Source: an uncultured Methylomirabilota bacterium
GTDB taxonomy: Bacteria; Methylomirabilota; Methylomirabilia; Methylomirabilales; 2-02-FULL-66-22
Direction of reading: 5' to 3'
Assembly (NCBI GenBank): GCA_963845565.1
Contig: CAWJSJ010000002.1
Span: 1,440,001 to 1,504,000, forward strand
DNA: 64,000 nucleotides
Under the pieces are notes generated by a model that had not been told where the DNA came from, did not search any database, and saw only the letters and a program-made list of their open reading frames with translations. This document shows positions 21,268 through 30,809 of this stretch, one piece after another. A program made the translations under genes and the position numbers. The first letter of the stretch is position 1, and each line of letters begins with the position of its first letter.

Positions 21268-21813
21268 TCATGGCTTGCTCAGGGCCAGGGCGGCCTCGAT
21301 CGTGCGCAGAACGGCGCTCGTCTCCACCGTCTTCTGGAGCGCCAGAACGGCGCCGGCCTCGAAGGCCCGCGCGCTCAGCTTCGAATCGTTCATGGCCGTG
21401 AGGATCACGACCGGAATGGTCCGCAGCGTCGGATCCGTCTTGAGCAAGCGGCAGACGTCGAAGCCGTCGATACCGGGCATCATGACGTCGAGGAGGATGA
21501 GGTCCGGGCGCTCGCGCAACGCCGCATCCAGGCCGGCTTCCCCGTCCGGAGCGGTCACGACGACGTAACCGTGAAACCGCAAGATATCGCCCAACATCTG
21601 GAGAATCAGCGGATCGTCATCCACGCACAGGATCTTGATCTCGCGGGCACTGGACGAGTCCGTTCCCAAAGCGGACTCCAGGCTGAGTCCCGTCTCCACC
21701 GGAAAACCGCATGCCTGGCAGCGCCGCAGCGGAACGCCGGCGCCGACGAACTGAAAAGTGGGCTGAGCGACTTGGCAGCGCGGGCAGAATGCAGTCGCCG
21801 GGTCTTGCTCCAT
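21268..21813 (-). CDS. Response regulator receiver with N-terminal zinc ribbon
   Basis: CPRC..CQAC followed by ILCVDDD, LLDVMMP.IDG receiver motifs. Confidence 0.85.
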   Translation of the reverse strand: MEQDPATAFCPRCQVAQPTFQFVGAGVPLRRCQACGFPVETGLSLESALGTDSSSAREIKILCVDDDPLILQMLGDILRFHGYVVVTAPDGEAGLDAALRERPDLILLDVMMPGIDGFDVCRLLKTDPTLRTIPVVILTAMNDSKLSARAFEAGAVLALQKTVETSAVLRTIEAALALSKP

Positions 21814-22031
21814 GCGGTCTCCAGAACGGTGCGCCACGGGCGTCGGGGGTGAGAACGAACGCGCGAACCTCGGGCCTCAATGGTCCGAGAACCTATCAAA
21901 GCCGCGGAGGGTTGTCCAGCGCCAACGGCAGCCACCCAGATGCTGGTTTGCCGAGTCCCCAAATCGCCCGGATGCCTGCCCGCCACATTACCCGATTGCC
22001 ACGGTGCCGCCCTCAGGATGCGGCCGGATCC

Positions 22032-23147
22032 TTAGAACGTGGGCGGGAAACACTTCACCACCTGAAGCGCCGAGCCTGTCGCGGCCTCGTAGGCCGCGTG
22101 TTCCGAGGCAGCGGGAACGAAGAAGGTGGCTCCCGTCTGCAGCGGGAGGTCGCAACCGGGGCCGGTCAGCCGCCCCGCGCCGTCGACCACGATTCCCACG
22201 TAGCAGCGGCCGCGATCCCGATCCGGGATCCGCTTTCGGGCGACGAGACGGGCCATACCAAAACAGGGGGTGTGCTCGGGACCGATCAACAACTCCTCCC
22301 GACCGGCCTCATCTTCCTGAAGCAGTCGCGGAGAAAGCGAATGTCGGGCGACGTACCCCATCCCAGTCCCCTGGTAGTTGAAGCAGCGCATCGCCAGGTC
22401 GAACCCCAGCCCCATGAAGCACTGGGCCTCGGTACGTTGCATCCCGCAGAACTCGTACTCGGTGTTGACGACCAGGTCGGTCGGCTCCTGGATCTCGATC
22501 ATGAAGACACCCGGTCCGAGGGCGTGGGGGGTGCCGGCGCTGACCAGGTACACGTCGCCCGGCTTGACCTCAACTCTGTTGAGCGCGGCGATCTGAGCCG
22601 GGATATCCTGAGACCGCACGATGCGCCGGAACTCCTCCTCGGTGACGCCGTCGCGGAACCCGAAGAGGGCGTACGGGGCGACCCCGTCGATGGCCCGTGT
22701 GGCAAGGACCAGCGACGCCTCGGTCTTCCCGAAGTTGGATCCGAGATGCTTCCTGGCAAACGCCGCGTCCGGATGGCATTGGACCGGCAGGCGCATGGCC
22801 GAGTCCAGGAGCTTACAGAGGACACCCAGTTCCGACCCCAGGTTCGCGACATGCCTTGCCCCCAACATGGCCTCCGGGAGCGCTTGGATCAACTCCTTGA
22901 GGACGATGGTAGAACCGTCGGAAAGGCGGACACGGCTCAAGCCTTCGTCCGGCGGCCGCCCGGGAAGGCGGGAAACCGTGGTGGAGCCCACCCACTCTTC
23001 CGGGACGTTCCGGTCCGCCGGGTCCAGCTGTCCCTGAAAACGATCCAGAAGCGCCCCGCCGCGCCACAGGCGGTACACACGATTTCGGAGGAGCGAAAGC
23101 GGTCGCCTGGTGACGGGCGCCAGGTCGGCGAGGTGTGGGGCAGCCAT
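22032..23147 (-). CDS. Class I mannose-6-phosphate isomerase-like cupin
   Basis: KLLDSAMRLPVQCHPD, KTEA, GTPHALG, EIQEPTD. Confidence 0.85.
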   Translation of the reverse strand: MAAPHLADLAPVTRRPLSLLRNRVYRLWRGGALLDRFQGQLDPADRNVPEEWVGSTTVSRLPGRPPDEGLSRVRLSDGSTIVLKELIQALPEAMLGARHVANLGSELGVLCKLLDSAMRLPVQCHPDAAFARKHLGSNFGKTEASLVLATRAIDGVAPYALFGFRDGVTEEEFRRIVRSQDIPAQIAALNRVEVKPGDVYLVSAGTPHALGPGVFMIEIQEPTDLVVNTEYEFCGMQRTEAQCFMGLGFDLAMRCFNYQGTGMGYVARHSLSPRLLQEDEAGREELLIGPEHTPCFGMARLVARKRIPDRDRGRCYVGIVVDGAGRLTGPGCDLPLQTGATFFVPAASEHAAYEAATGSALQVVKCFPPTF

Positions 23148-23545
23148 GAGACCCTCCTGCGAGTCAGGGGTGAGAAGGATCGCTTTTGCACAACCGGGCG
23201 CTGGGCCTTGAAACAGGGCGCACGGCGAGGCAGCGCGAGTATCCCCCACCGGCCTGGCAGTGTCAACCGCGCGGGCTGCCGCCACGGGCACGCGGGCACC
23301 GCGCCGGTGGAGTGCTACGACGCCTCCCGGCGCGTGCCGGACGTTGTCGCGCCGCCCAATTCGGTTGACATGGCAGGACTCCTTGGATAGCCTGAACCAG
23401 TACGATCTCTTCGGCAGAGTCCGACAGCGACCGCGGGGTCGAGAAGCCCTGCGGAGTCGGCTGGAGGATCCCAGCGAGGGCATTCACCGGCGCGCCCCCA
23501 GGGGGAGAGGGGCGGTGAAGGCGAGCCTGCGGGCAGGAGGCGGCG

Positions 23546-23785
23546 ATGACCGAGGGCGCGGGTGTCCGACCCAAGCTGCGACGCATCATGGGGAAGCACT
23601 GGCTTGGTGGAGTCTGTGCGGGGATGGGATACTGGCTTCGCGTTCCGACCTGGCTGCTGCGGCTTGCGTGGACGGTTCTGCTTCTGGTTTACGGGATCGG
23701 CGGAATTGTGTATCTCCTCCTCTGGATCTTCATGCCGAGGTGGGAAGCCGTTCCCGCCGACTACGAGGAACGCGCGGGCGGGTAA
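23546..23785 (+). CDS. PspC domain protein
   Basis: LRR...LGGVCAG, YLLLWIFMP. Confidence 0.9.
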   Translation: MTEGAGVRPKLRRIMGKHWLGGVCAGMGYWLRVPTWLLRLAWTVLLLVYGIGGIVYLLLWIFMPRWEAVPADYEERAGG

Positions 23786-23828
23786 ACGATGACCCCGGCA
23801 GCGCGGGCGGCCCGGGAAAGGAGCAAAC

Positions 23829-24137
23829 ATGCTGCTCAGTTGCGGGCTGATGGACGGCGTGATGTGGGATGCCATCCTTCAACCTCCGGTCGCCGGAGAT
23901 CCCGTCAGCCAGGTGACTGTGGTACTCAGCAACGAGGAGGTGCTCTCCCCCGCGGACGCCGAATTCGGAGAGTTCGCGATCGTGGCGGCCACCGCAGAAG
24001 AGCGGGAGACGCTGAAACAGGCCGGTTACTCCATGCCGGATTGGTCGCCGGTCCAGGGTTTCGGGTGCGGCGGATGCCACACGGAGGATCCTGAGGGCGC
24101 AGGCCAATCGGACGGCCCGACCAAACAGGACGGATAG
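23829..24137 (+). CDS. Hypothetical protein
   Basis: AAGGAG RBS; acidic protein; no family recognised. Confidence 0.6.
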   Translation: MLLSCGLMDGVMWDAILQPPVAGDPVSQVTVVLSNEEVLSPADAEFGEFAIVAATAEERETLKQAGYSMPDWSPVQGFGCGGCHTEDPEGAGQSDGPTKQDG

Positions 24138-24248
24138 CCCCTCGCCTTTCCTTGCCGCGGGTCCGCCCTCCGGCACCCCTGGGTGCGCGGCGACGCTCGG
24201 GACGGAGAATGAGTTGCGTCTCCCCGGGCGCCTCACCTCTTGAAAGTC

Positions 24249-25550
24249 ATGGCCAACGAGCACCGGGTCGTCATACTGGGTGGAGGGTTCGGCGGGCTTC
24301 ACGCCGTCCGGGCGCTGAAGAAGGCACCCGTCAAGGTGACCCTTCTGGATCGCCGTAACTTCCACCTGTTCCAGCCGCTGCTCTATCAGGTCGCCACCGG
24401 CGGCCTCTCGCCGGCGAACATCGCCACGCCACTGCGGAGCATCCTCAAGCGCCAACCGAATACTCGCGTTCTGCTGGGCGAAGCCGTCGGCCTGGACCTC
24501 CAGGGGCGACGGGTGATCCTGCCGGACGGTGAAATCCCTTACGATACGCTCATCGTGGCCTTGGGCGCAGGCCACCATTACTTCGGCAAGGAGGTGTGGA
24601 GCGAACTGGCGCCGGGGCTGAAGACCATCGAGGACGCGATCGAGATGCGCCGCCGGATCCTGTTGGCGTTCGAAAAAGCGGAGCGGGCGACGGACCCGGC
24701 GATGGTTGGCGCCCTCCTCACGTTCGTCGTGGTGGGGGCGGGTCCGACAGGGGTGGAGCTGGCGGGGGCCCTGGCGGAGATCGCGCGGGACACCCTCACC
24801 CATGAATTCCGGTCCATCGATCCCGCGCATTCCCGGGTGCTATTGCTGGAGGGGTCGCCTCGGGTGCTCCAGCCGTACCCTCCCGATCTGTCCGAGAAGG
24901 CCGCCCGATCCTTGCGATCCCTGGGGGTGGAGGTGCGGACGGGCACCATCGTCACGGACATCCAGCCGGATGCGGTCCTGGTGCGGACCGGAGAAACCGT
25001 CGAGCGGATTTCGACGCACACCGTGCTCTGGGCGGCGGGTGTTCAGGCCTCGCCATTCGGTCGGGTTCTTGCCGAGACCGCAGGCGCCGCGCTGGACCGA
25101 TCGGGCCGGGTGATCGTGGGACCGGACCTGGCTCTGCCGGAGCACCCCGAGATTCTGGTCATCGGAGACCTGGCCCACTTTGCCCACGGTGCGGACGCGC
25201 CGTTGCCGGGCGTGGCCCAGGTGGCGATGCAGCAGGGAGCGTACGCCGCGCGACTCATCCAGGACCGGCTTCGCGGACAGACTCCACCCCCGTTCCGGTA
25301 TCGGGATTACGGTACCATGGCGACCATCGGGCGGAACAACGCGGTCGCCGACGTGTTCGGCATCCGGTTCGCCGGCCATCTCGCCTGGTTGGCCTGGCTT
25401 TGCATCCATCTGGTGCAACTGGTGCAGTTCGAGAACCGGCTGCTGGTGTTCGCCCAGTGGGCGTGGAGCTACGTGACGTTCAACCGCGCCGCCCGCCTCA
25501 TCACGAACCTGCCTCGCCCAGACGGCCAAAACGACAGGAAAGGCAATTAG
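24249..25550 (+). CDS. ndh: Type II NADH dehydrogenase family FAD-dependent oxidoreductase
   Basis: GGGFGG, FQPLLYQVATG, GAGPTGVE, AQVAMQQG. Confidence 0.92.
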   Translation: MANEHRVVILGGGFGGLHAVRALKKAPVKVTLLDRRNFHLFQPLLYQVATGGLSPANIATPLRSILKRQPNTRVLLGEAVGLDLQGRRVILPDGEIPYDTLIVALGAGHHYFGKEVWSELAPGLKTIEDAIEMRRRILLAFEKAERATDPAMVGALLTFVVVGAGPTGVELAGALAEIARDTLTHEFRSIDPAHSRVLLLEGSPRVLQPYPPDLSEKAARSLRSLGVEVRTGTIVTDIQPDAVLVRTGETVERISTHTVLWAAGVQASPFGRVLAETAGAALDRSGRVIVGPDLALPEHPEILVIGDLAHFAHGADAPLPGVAQVAMQQGAYAARLIQDRLRGQTPPPFRYRDYGTMATIGRNNAVADVFGIRFAGHLAWLAWLCIHLVQLVQFENRLLVFAQWAWSYVTFNRAARLITNLPRPDGQNDRKGN

Positions 25551-25724
25551 CAGGCAGCTGAAAAAGGCCCATCTGCTGCGTTGGCCCGCCTCGGCACTCG
25601 CTGCGACGTACCTCCAGTACGCCTGGACCCAGCTGCGCTGGGTACCCCGGCCTCCGGCGTGCCGCCTTGCATCTGGACCTTTTTGAGCAGCCTGAGCAAG
25701 AATGAGTTTTTCAGCAGCCTGTCA
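25548..25724. mobile_element. MITE-like repeat (family A), copy 3
   Basis: tagcaggcagctgaaaaa...tttttcagcagcctgtca; begins at the ndh stop; extra internal hairpin acccagctgcgctgggt. Confidence 0.8.
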
Positions 25725-25793
25725 GGCAATTCGGCGATTTGGCACCCCGGGCGCTTCCTGGTTGCCGAGTCGCCTGATTGCCCAGTCGCCCTG
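25725..25793. repeat. 8-bp tandem repeat with inverted arm (GGCRATT core)
   Basis: ggcaattc ggcgattt ggcacccc ... ttgccgag tcgcctga ttgcccag tcgccctg. Confidence 0.65.
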
Positions 25794-25820
25794 CACAATC
25801 CCGTCCGGGCGGTTGGCGCC

Positions 25821-26953
25821 TCAGTCCTGTGGCGGGGGACCGGGAAGGAACGGGCGGTCGGGGCGGAACGACTCCAGGGGCATGGAGGGGCGGCCGGAGA
25901 GGATATACTCGGCGATGAGCTGGCCCGTGATGGGGGCGAGCAGGATGCCATTGCGGAAATGGCCCGTGGCCAGAACGAGGCCGGGCCGGCCGGGGACGGG
26001 GCCCAGCAGGGGCATGCCGTCCGTCGAGGCCGGCCGTAGGCAGCCGTAGCTCGTGACCATCTCTGCCTCGCGCAGCGCGGGGACGATGCGCGTGGCATCT
26101 GCCAGGAGTGCCGCGATTCCCTCCACCGTCACCGCCTTATCGAACCCCACGTACTCGACGGTGCTCCCGATGATATGCTCTCCTGTCGCTCGGGGGATCA
26201 CGTAGATCTGCTCGTACACCACGTGCCGAAGCGCCGGCTCGGGAAGGCGAGCCACGGCGATCTGCCCCTTGGCGGGCAGGACGGGGATCGGGATGCCCAC
26301 GGACTGCTGGAACTCCCCAGACCACGCCCCCGCCGCGAGCACCACGACGCCCGCCGCGATCGGGCCTTCGGCCGTCCGAACGCCGGCCACCCTCTCGCCA
26401 TCCAGTAAGCAGCGACGAGACGGGACACGCCACGCGCACCTGCCCCCCGAGCCGGGTGACGGCGCCGGCCAGCCCCTGCGTCACGGCCGTGGGGTTCACG
26501 TGGTGATCGTCGGGAAACCAGCCGGCCCCCTGGAGCGCCTCGGGGAGGCCGGGTTCGAGGTCACGCGCTTCCGTCGGCGAGAGCCAGCGAGCGGTGAGGC
26601 CCCGCGCCGACTGCCAGGCGATCCGGCGCCGGATGACGGTTGCGTCCTCCGGGCTGAAGGCAGGCACGACGTGCCCCAGTGGACGAAGCTCGATATCAGT
26701 GTCGGTTCGCTCGCGAAGTTCCGCTGACAGGGTGGGATACAGGGCGCGACTGGCCAACTTGAGGTCGAACAGGGGTCCGCCTTCGTCCGTGTGCGCCTGC
26801 GTGGACAAGCAGCCCGGCCCCGCCGCTGGAGGCCTCGGCGGCGATGGCGGTCTTCTCCAGAATCAGCGGCCGCACACCGGCCTTGGCGAGGGAGAAGGCG
26901 ATCGAGCACCCGATGATTCCCCCGCCCACGATGACCACGTCGGGTCTGGCGAT
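25821..26953 (-). CDS. thiO: Glycine oxidase ThiO-like (two frameshifts, ~26808 and ~26406)
   Basis: DVVIVGGGIIG, ASSGGAG, AAGAWS, PAKGQ, GHFRNGILLAP spread over three frames; ATC where a start is expected after AGGAGG. Confidence 0.85.
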
Positions 26954-27113
26954 AGGACACCTCCTGCGACACGACCGGCCTTCCGACCGTCTCACGCTGC
27001 GAGATCAGGATACTCAGGGAAGGTGCGCCCGGTCAAGCGGCCGTGGCGCGCGACAGGAAGGGGAGCGATGGTGCGAGCGGCGATCGGAAGGCAGGGTGGG
27101 CGACCCCTCCGGT

Positions 27114-27257
27114 TCACGCGGCCTTCTGAATGTCATCCCGCGCCCGAGCGTCCCGGCGGCTGGCCCGTCGACCGCGCCGGACAAGCCAGCCGACGATCGG
27201 GACCCCGACGAGAATCCAGGGGAACAGGATGATGCCCGTGACGATCGCAGTGAACAT
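27114..27257 (-). CDS. Possible small membrane protein
   Basis: MFTAIVTGIILFPWILVGVPIVGWLVRR: single TM helix with basic tail. Confidence 0.35.
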   Translation of the reverse strand: MFTAIVTGIILFPWILVGVPIVGWLVRRGRRASRRDARARDDIQKAA

Positions 27258-27383
27258 CGTAGCCCGAGTATCGGCAGGATGAGCCGGGGGCATGAGCGGC
27301 ACTGGGATCATGATGTACGGGGACAACCCAACCGTCCGAGAAGGCGGGGGCGCTCGGACAGATCCCCGCCTTCTCAGTCAATC

Positions 27384-27968
27384 CTATTGAGCCAGGAGCT
27401 TCTCGATCCGGCGCGAGAATTCCGCCTCCAGGTCGCCTTCCGGGGAGCCGTCCACGCGCTCCACCAAGGTGCCCTTCTTGTCGATGAAGAAACTGGCGGG
27501 TGTTGCATCCACGCGATAGAGGCTGCCGATGGAGCCGCTGGAGTCCCGTCCCACCGGGAATGGCAGGCGGTGCTCCTCTGCGAACCTGCGGGCTGCGGCG
27601 TCCTTGTCCCAGGTCGCATTCACGCTCAGCAGCTCAAACCCCTTGTCGCGATGCCGTGCATAGAGCTTGGCCAGAACGGGAGCCTCCCGTTGACAATGGG
27701 GTCAGGTGGAGTGCCAGAAATTCACCAGGACGGGGCGGCCCCGGAGGCCCGCCAGGGTGACGCTGTCGCCATTCAGGAGCCGGAGGGTGAAATCGGGTGC
27801 AGGCTTCCCGGTCCGAGCCGGCTCTCCTGGCCCCTGCATTATCAGGTAGGTTGCCAGCCCGCCGATGACGAGCGCGAGTCCCCCGACGACGGCCCAGGTG
27901 ATCCAGCGGGAACCTGACTTCCGTTTGCCCTTTGCCGTGCCTTCCCGTTTCAGTTGACGCTTTCCCAT
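27384..27968 (-). CDS. TlpA/ResA-like thiol-disulfide oxidoreductase selenoprotein (UPHC motif)
   Basis: TM anchor, [18 protein letters not shown](27702-27704)-PHCQREAP..., in frame with [12 protein letters not shown]; hairpin at 27675-27691. Confidence 0.87.
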
Positions 27969-28266
27969 GCCCTCCCCTTTGCCGGTGAATCGTTGGAACC
28001 AGTGGAAGCAAGCTGCCCCACATCTCTACAAAAATAACGCAGCGTGCGCAAGTGTTTCGTGGTGTCGGCGCTCGGCTTCCACTTTCGCGCGGGCCGGACA
28101 TCGTTTCCATCGCCGGCAACATTGCCCTTGACCCTCCGTCCTCCATTGTTTACCGTGTGACCCGGTTCCGCAGGCCGCGGCCCTCGGATGATGGCGTTCA
28201 GAGCGCACGAAACTGGCCCGTTACCGAAGACGGCGGGACCGTTCGCTGGTCACGGAGGCGCCCCTC

Positions 28267-28665
28267 ATGATCCTGGTTACGGCGGGCATCCTGGCGGACG
28301 GTGAGCGCGTCCTCGTTTGTCAGCGGAAAGCCGGGGATCGGTTCGGCCTGAAATGGGAGTTCCCAGGCGGCAAGGTGGAGCCAGATGAGGGGCCGGAGGC
28401 CTGCTTGCGCCGGGAACTGGCCGAGGAGCTGGGGATCGAGGCGGAAATCGGGCCGGAGGTCCACCGGACCGACCATCGGTATTCGAATGGTTTCAGCGTG
28501 CGCCTCTTGTTCTTCCAGGTCCTCCGATACGCGGGAGCGCCGGCGAATCGGGAGTTCGAGCGGATCGCCTGGGCGCGGCCGGACGAACTCTCCGGCTTCG
28601 ACTTCCTGGAAGCTGATCGCGCCGTGGTAGATCGGCTCGTCCGCGGGGAGATCGCCATCGCGTGA
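28267..28665 (+). CDS. mutT: NUDIX hydrolase (MutT/NudG-like)
   Basis: WEFPGGKVEPDE...RELAEELGI Nudix box. Confidence 0.9.
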   Translation: MILVTAGILADGERVLVCQRKAGDRFGLKWEFPGGKVEPDEGPEACLRRELAEELGIEAEIGPEVHRTDHRYSNGFSVRLLFFQVLRYAGAPANREFERIAWARPDELSGFDFLEADRAVVDRLVRGEIAIA

Positions 28666-29378
28666 GGACCTCTCGTCCGTACCGGCCACAGGTTGATCCC
28701 GTTCGCCTTCGCACGTTCCAGGCCCGGCTGCTCCGCTGGTTCCGGAGGCACGGTCGCGATCTGCCCTGGCGGCGCACGCGCGATCCTTACAAGATCCTCG
28801 TGTCCGAAGTGATGCTCCAGCAGACCCAGGTGGACCGCGTGCGCGACTACTACCAGCAATTCCTGCGCGAGTACCCGACGGTTCGCGACCTGGCGGAGGC
28901 GCATCCGGCGCGCGTGCGGGACTCCTGGGAAGGGCTCGGGTATTATGCCAGGGCTCGGAACCTTCAGGCGGCAGCCCGGGCGGTGGCGGAGCAGCATCGG
29001 GGGAGATTTCCACGGCGCCTGGAAGAGGTTATGGCTCTGCCCGGGGTGGGGCGGTACACGGCAGGGGCCGTGGTGAGTTTTGCGTATGAGGAAGCGGCGC
29101 CCATCCTCGACACCAACGTCCGGCGGGTCCTGACGCGGTTATTCGTTCAGCGGCGGCCGGCCCGTCAGGCGAAGCTGGATCGGCGACTGTGGGCCCTGGC
29201 GAAGGTGGCCATTCCACCCGACAGGGTCTGGGAGTTCAACCAGGGCCTCATGGATTTCGGGGCGATGGTCTGCACGGCGCGGAACCCGAAGTGCTCTACC
29301 TGTCCGATGCGTCTGATGTGTGCTTTTGGCAGCCGGTCCGGTAACCACAACCCAATTTCAGCCAAGGAGAAGCCATGA
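28662..29378 (+). CDS. mutY: A/G-specific adenine glycosylase, short form
   Basis: RDLPWR, SEVMLQQTQV, WEGLGYY.RARNL, HhH LPGVGRYTA, Fe-S cysteines. Confidence 0.92.
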   Translation: MRTSRPYRPQVDPVRLRTFQARLLRWFRRHGRDLPWRRTRDPYKILVSEVMLQQTQVDRVRDYYQQFLREYPTVRDLAEAHPARVRDSWEGLGYYARARNLQAAARAVAEQHRGRFPRRLEEVMALPGVGRYTAGAVVSFAYEEAAPILDTNVRRVLTRLFVQRRPARQAKLDRRLWALAKVAIPPDRVWEFNQGLMDFGAMVCTARNPKCSTCPMRLMCAFGSRSGNHNPISAKEKP

Positions 29379-29683
29379 TCTACGTGATCGCCACGGTCGA
29401 GGTGAAGGCGGGGAAGCGCGAGGCGTTCCTGGCGGAGTTCCGCAAGAACATGCCGAACGTCCTTGCGGAGAAGGGCTGCATCGAGTACGGCCCGACCGTG
29501 GATGCGACCACGGACGTCAAGGCGCAAATCCCGCTGCGGGAGAGCGTCGTGACCATCGTGGAGAAGTGGGAGAGCCTTCAGGCGTTGCACGCGCACCTCG
29601 TTGCGCCACACATGGCCGTGTACCGGGAGCGGGTCAAGGACATCGTCGTCGGCGTGACGCTGCAGATTCTTGATCCCAAGTAG
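29375..29683 (+). CDS. Putative quinol monooxygenase (ABM/YgiN family)
   Basis: EKGCIEY, EKWESL.AL.AHL.APHM. Confidence 0.88.
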   Translation: MIYVIATVEVKAGKREAFLAEFRKNMPNVLAEKGCIEYGPTVDATTDVKAQIPLRESVVTIVEKWESLQALHAHLVAPHMAVYRERVKDIVVGVTLQILDPK

Positions 29684-29819
29684 ACCAAATGTGTTACAGT
29701 CCAACCGTGGCACGTCCGCGCGCGACGCGAGCGATGCGCCGGCATGAGCGCGGCATCGAAGAGAGAATATGTCGCAGATTGGCGAAAATGGTGTGGACCC
29801 GGGTCAAAGGAGGAGTCTG

Positions 29820-30455
29820 ATGCGGTTTTCTTCGCGCCTTTACGTGCTGTTCGCGGTGGCGGTCCTGGGCGGGTCGCTGCTCCTCGCGGGTTGCCCCAAG
29901 AGCCCCGTGGTGACGCAAGCGCGACCGGGCCCGGTCGGCCCTTCCGCCACCGCTTCCCCTGACGCCGCTGGAGGCGCCGGCTCGGGTGCCGCCGCCCGCA
30001 CCTCGCCCTCGGCCGGTGAGATTGCGGTGACTCGTCCGACGCCGCCGACTGAAACCGCCATCGCGGGTCGGGCTGGTGCCGCCGGCGCCGCGGGAACGGC
30101 CGCCGCAGCCGCCGGAACGTCCCCGCTGAAAGACGTGTTCTTCGAGTACGACAAGGCGATCATCGGCCCCGACCAGAAGGCGGTGCTGAACGACAACGTC
30201 AACTGGCTGAAGGCAAACGGCCGGGTGAAGGTCGTCATCGAGGGGCATTGCGACGAGCGGGGCACCGCCGAATACAACCTCGGTCTCGGCGACCGAAGGA
30301 CCAAGGCGTTGCGAGACTACCTGGTCATCTCAGGCATCGCCGCCGACAGGATCAGCACGATCAGCTACGGCAAGGAGCGCCCCTTCGTGATCGGCCACGA
30401 CGAGAACGCCTGGAAGATGAACCGCCGCGGCCATTTCGCGGTTCAGGGACAGTAA
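29820..30455 (+). CDS. pal: Peptidoglycan-associated lipoprotein
   Basis: Lipobox LAGC, IEGHCDERGT.EYNLGLG.RR, SYGKERP. Confidence 0.93.
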   Translation: MRFSSRLYVLFAVAVLGGSLLLAGCPKSPVVTQARPGPVGPSATASPDAAGGAGSGAAARTSPSAGEIAVTRPTPPTETAIAGRAGAAGAAGTAAAAAGTSPLKDVFFEYDKAIIGPDQKAVLNDNVNWLKANGRVKVVIEGHCDERGTAEYNLGLGDRRTKALRDYLVISGIAADRISTISYGKERPFVIGHDENAWKMNRRGHFAVQGQ

Positions 30456-30809
30456 GCCCTTCTCAGAGAATAACTTGAATGAATCGCGCCCATGCGACAC
30501 GTTGGGCGCGATTCTTTTTCCCGAGCCGAACCGGGTCCCAAGCGGCTGCAGGAACCTTCGGGAGGCCCTTGACAGAGCAAAACCTACCGGGCTAGCATCC
30601 CGGCATTGATTCAGAGTCCTCCTTCCCATTCTTTCTTCGTGTGTTCTGCAATCCTTGTGGTCGACGGCCGATCGACGTCGATGTGTCGGTAACCGCGCTC
30701 GATGTCGGGTCATTGGCCGCCACACCCCGGGCCTAGCGGCAGCGGTGGGTCCGGCGTTTCCGCGCACTCGGCATCACGTCAAAGTCGTAGCAGGGATGAG
30801 AGGTTTCCC

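Noticed and set aside
23829..24137. c-type cytochrome based on CGGCH
   Set aside because: No signal peptide or TM helix; single motif in an acidic tail
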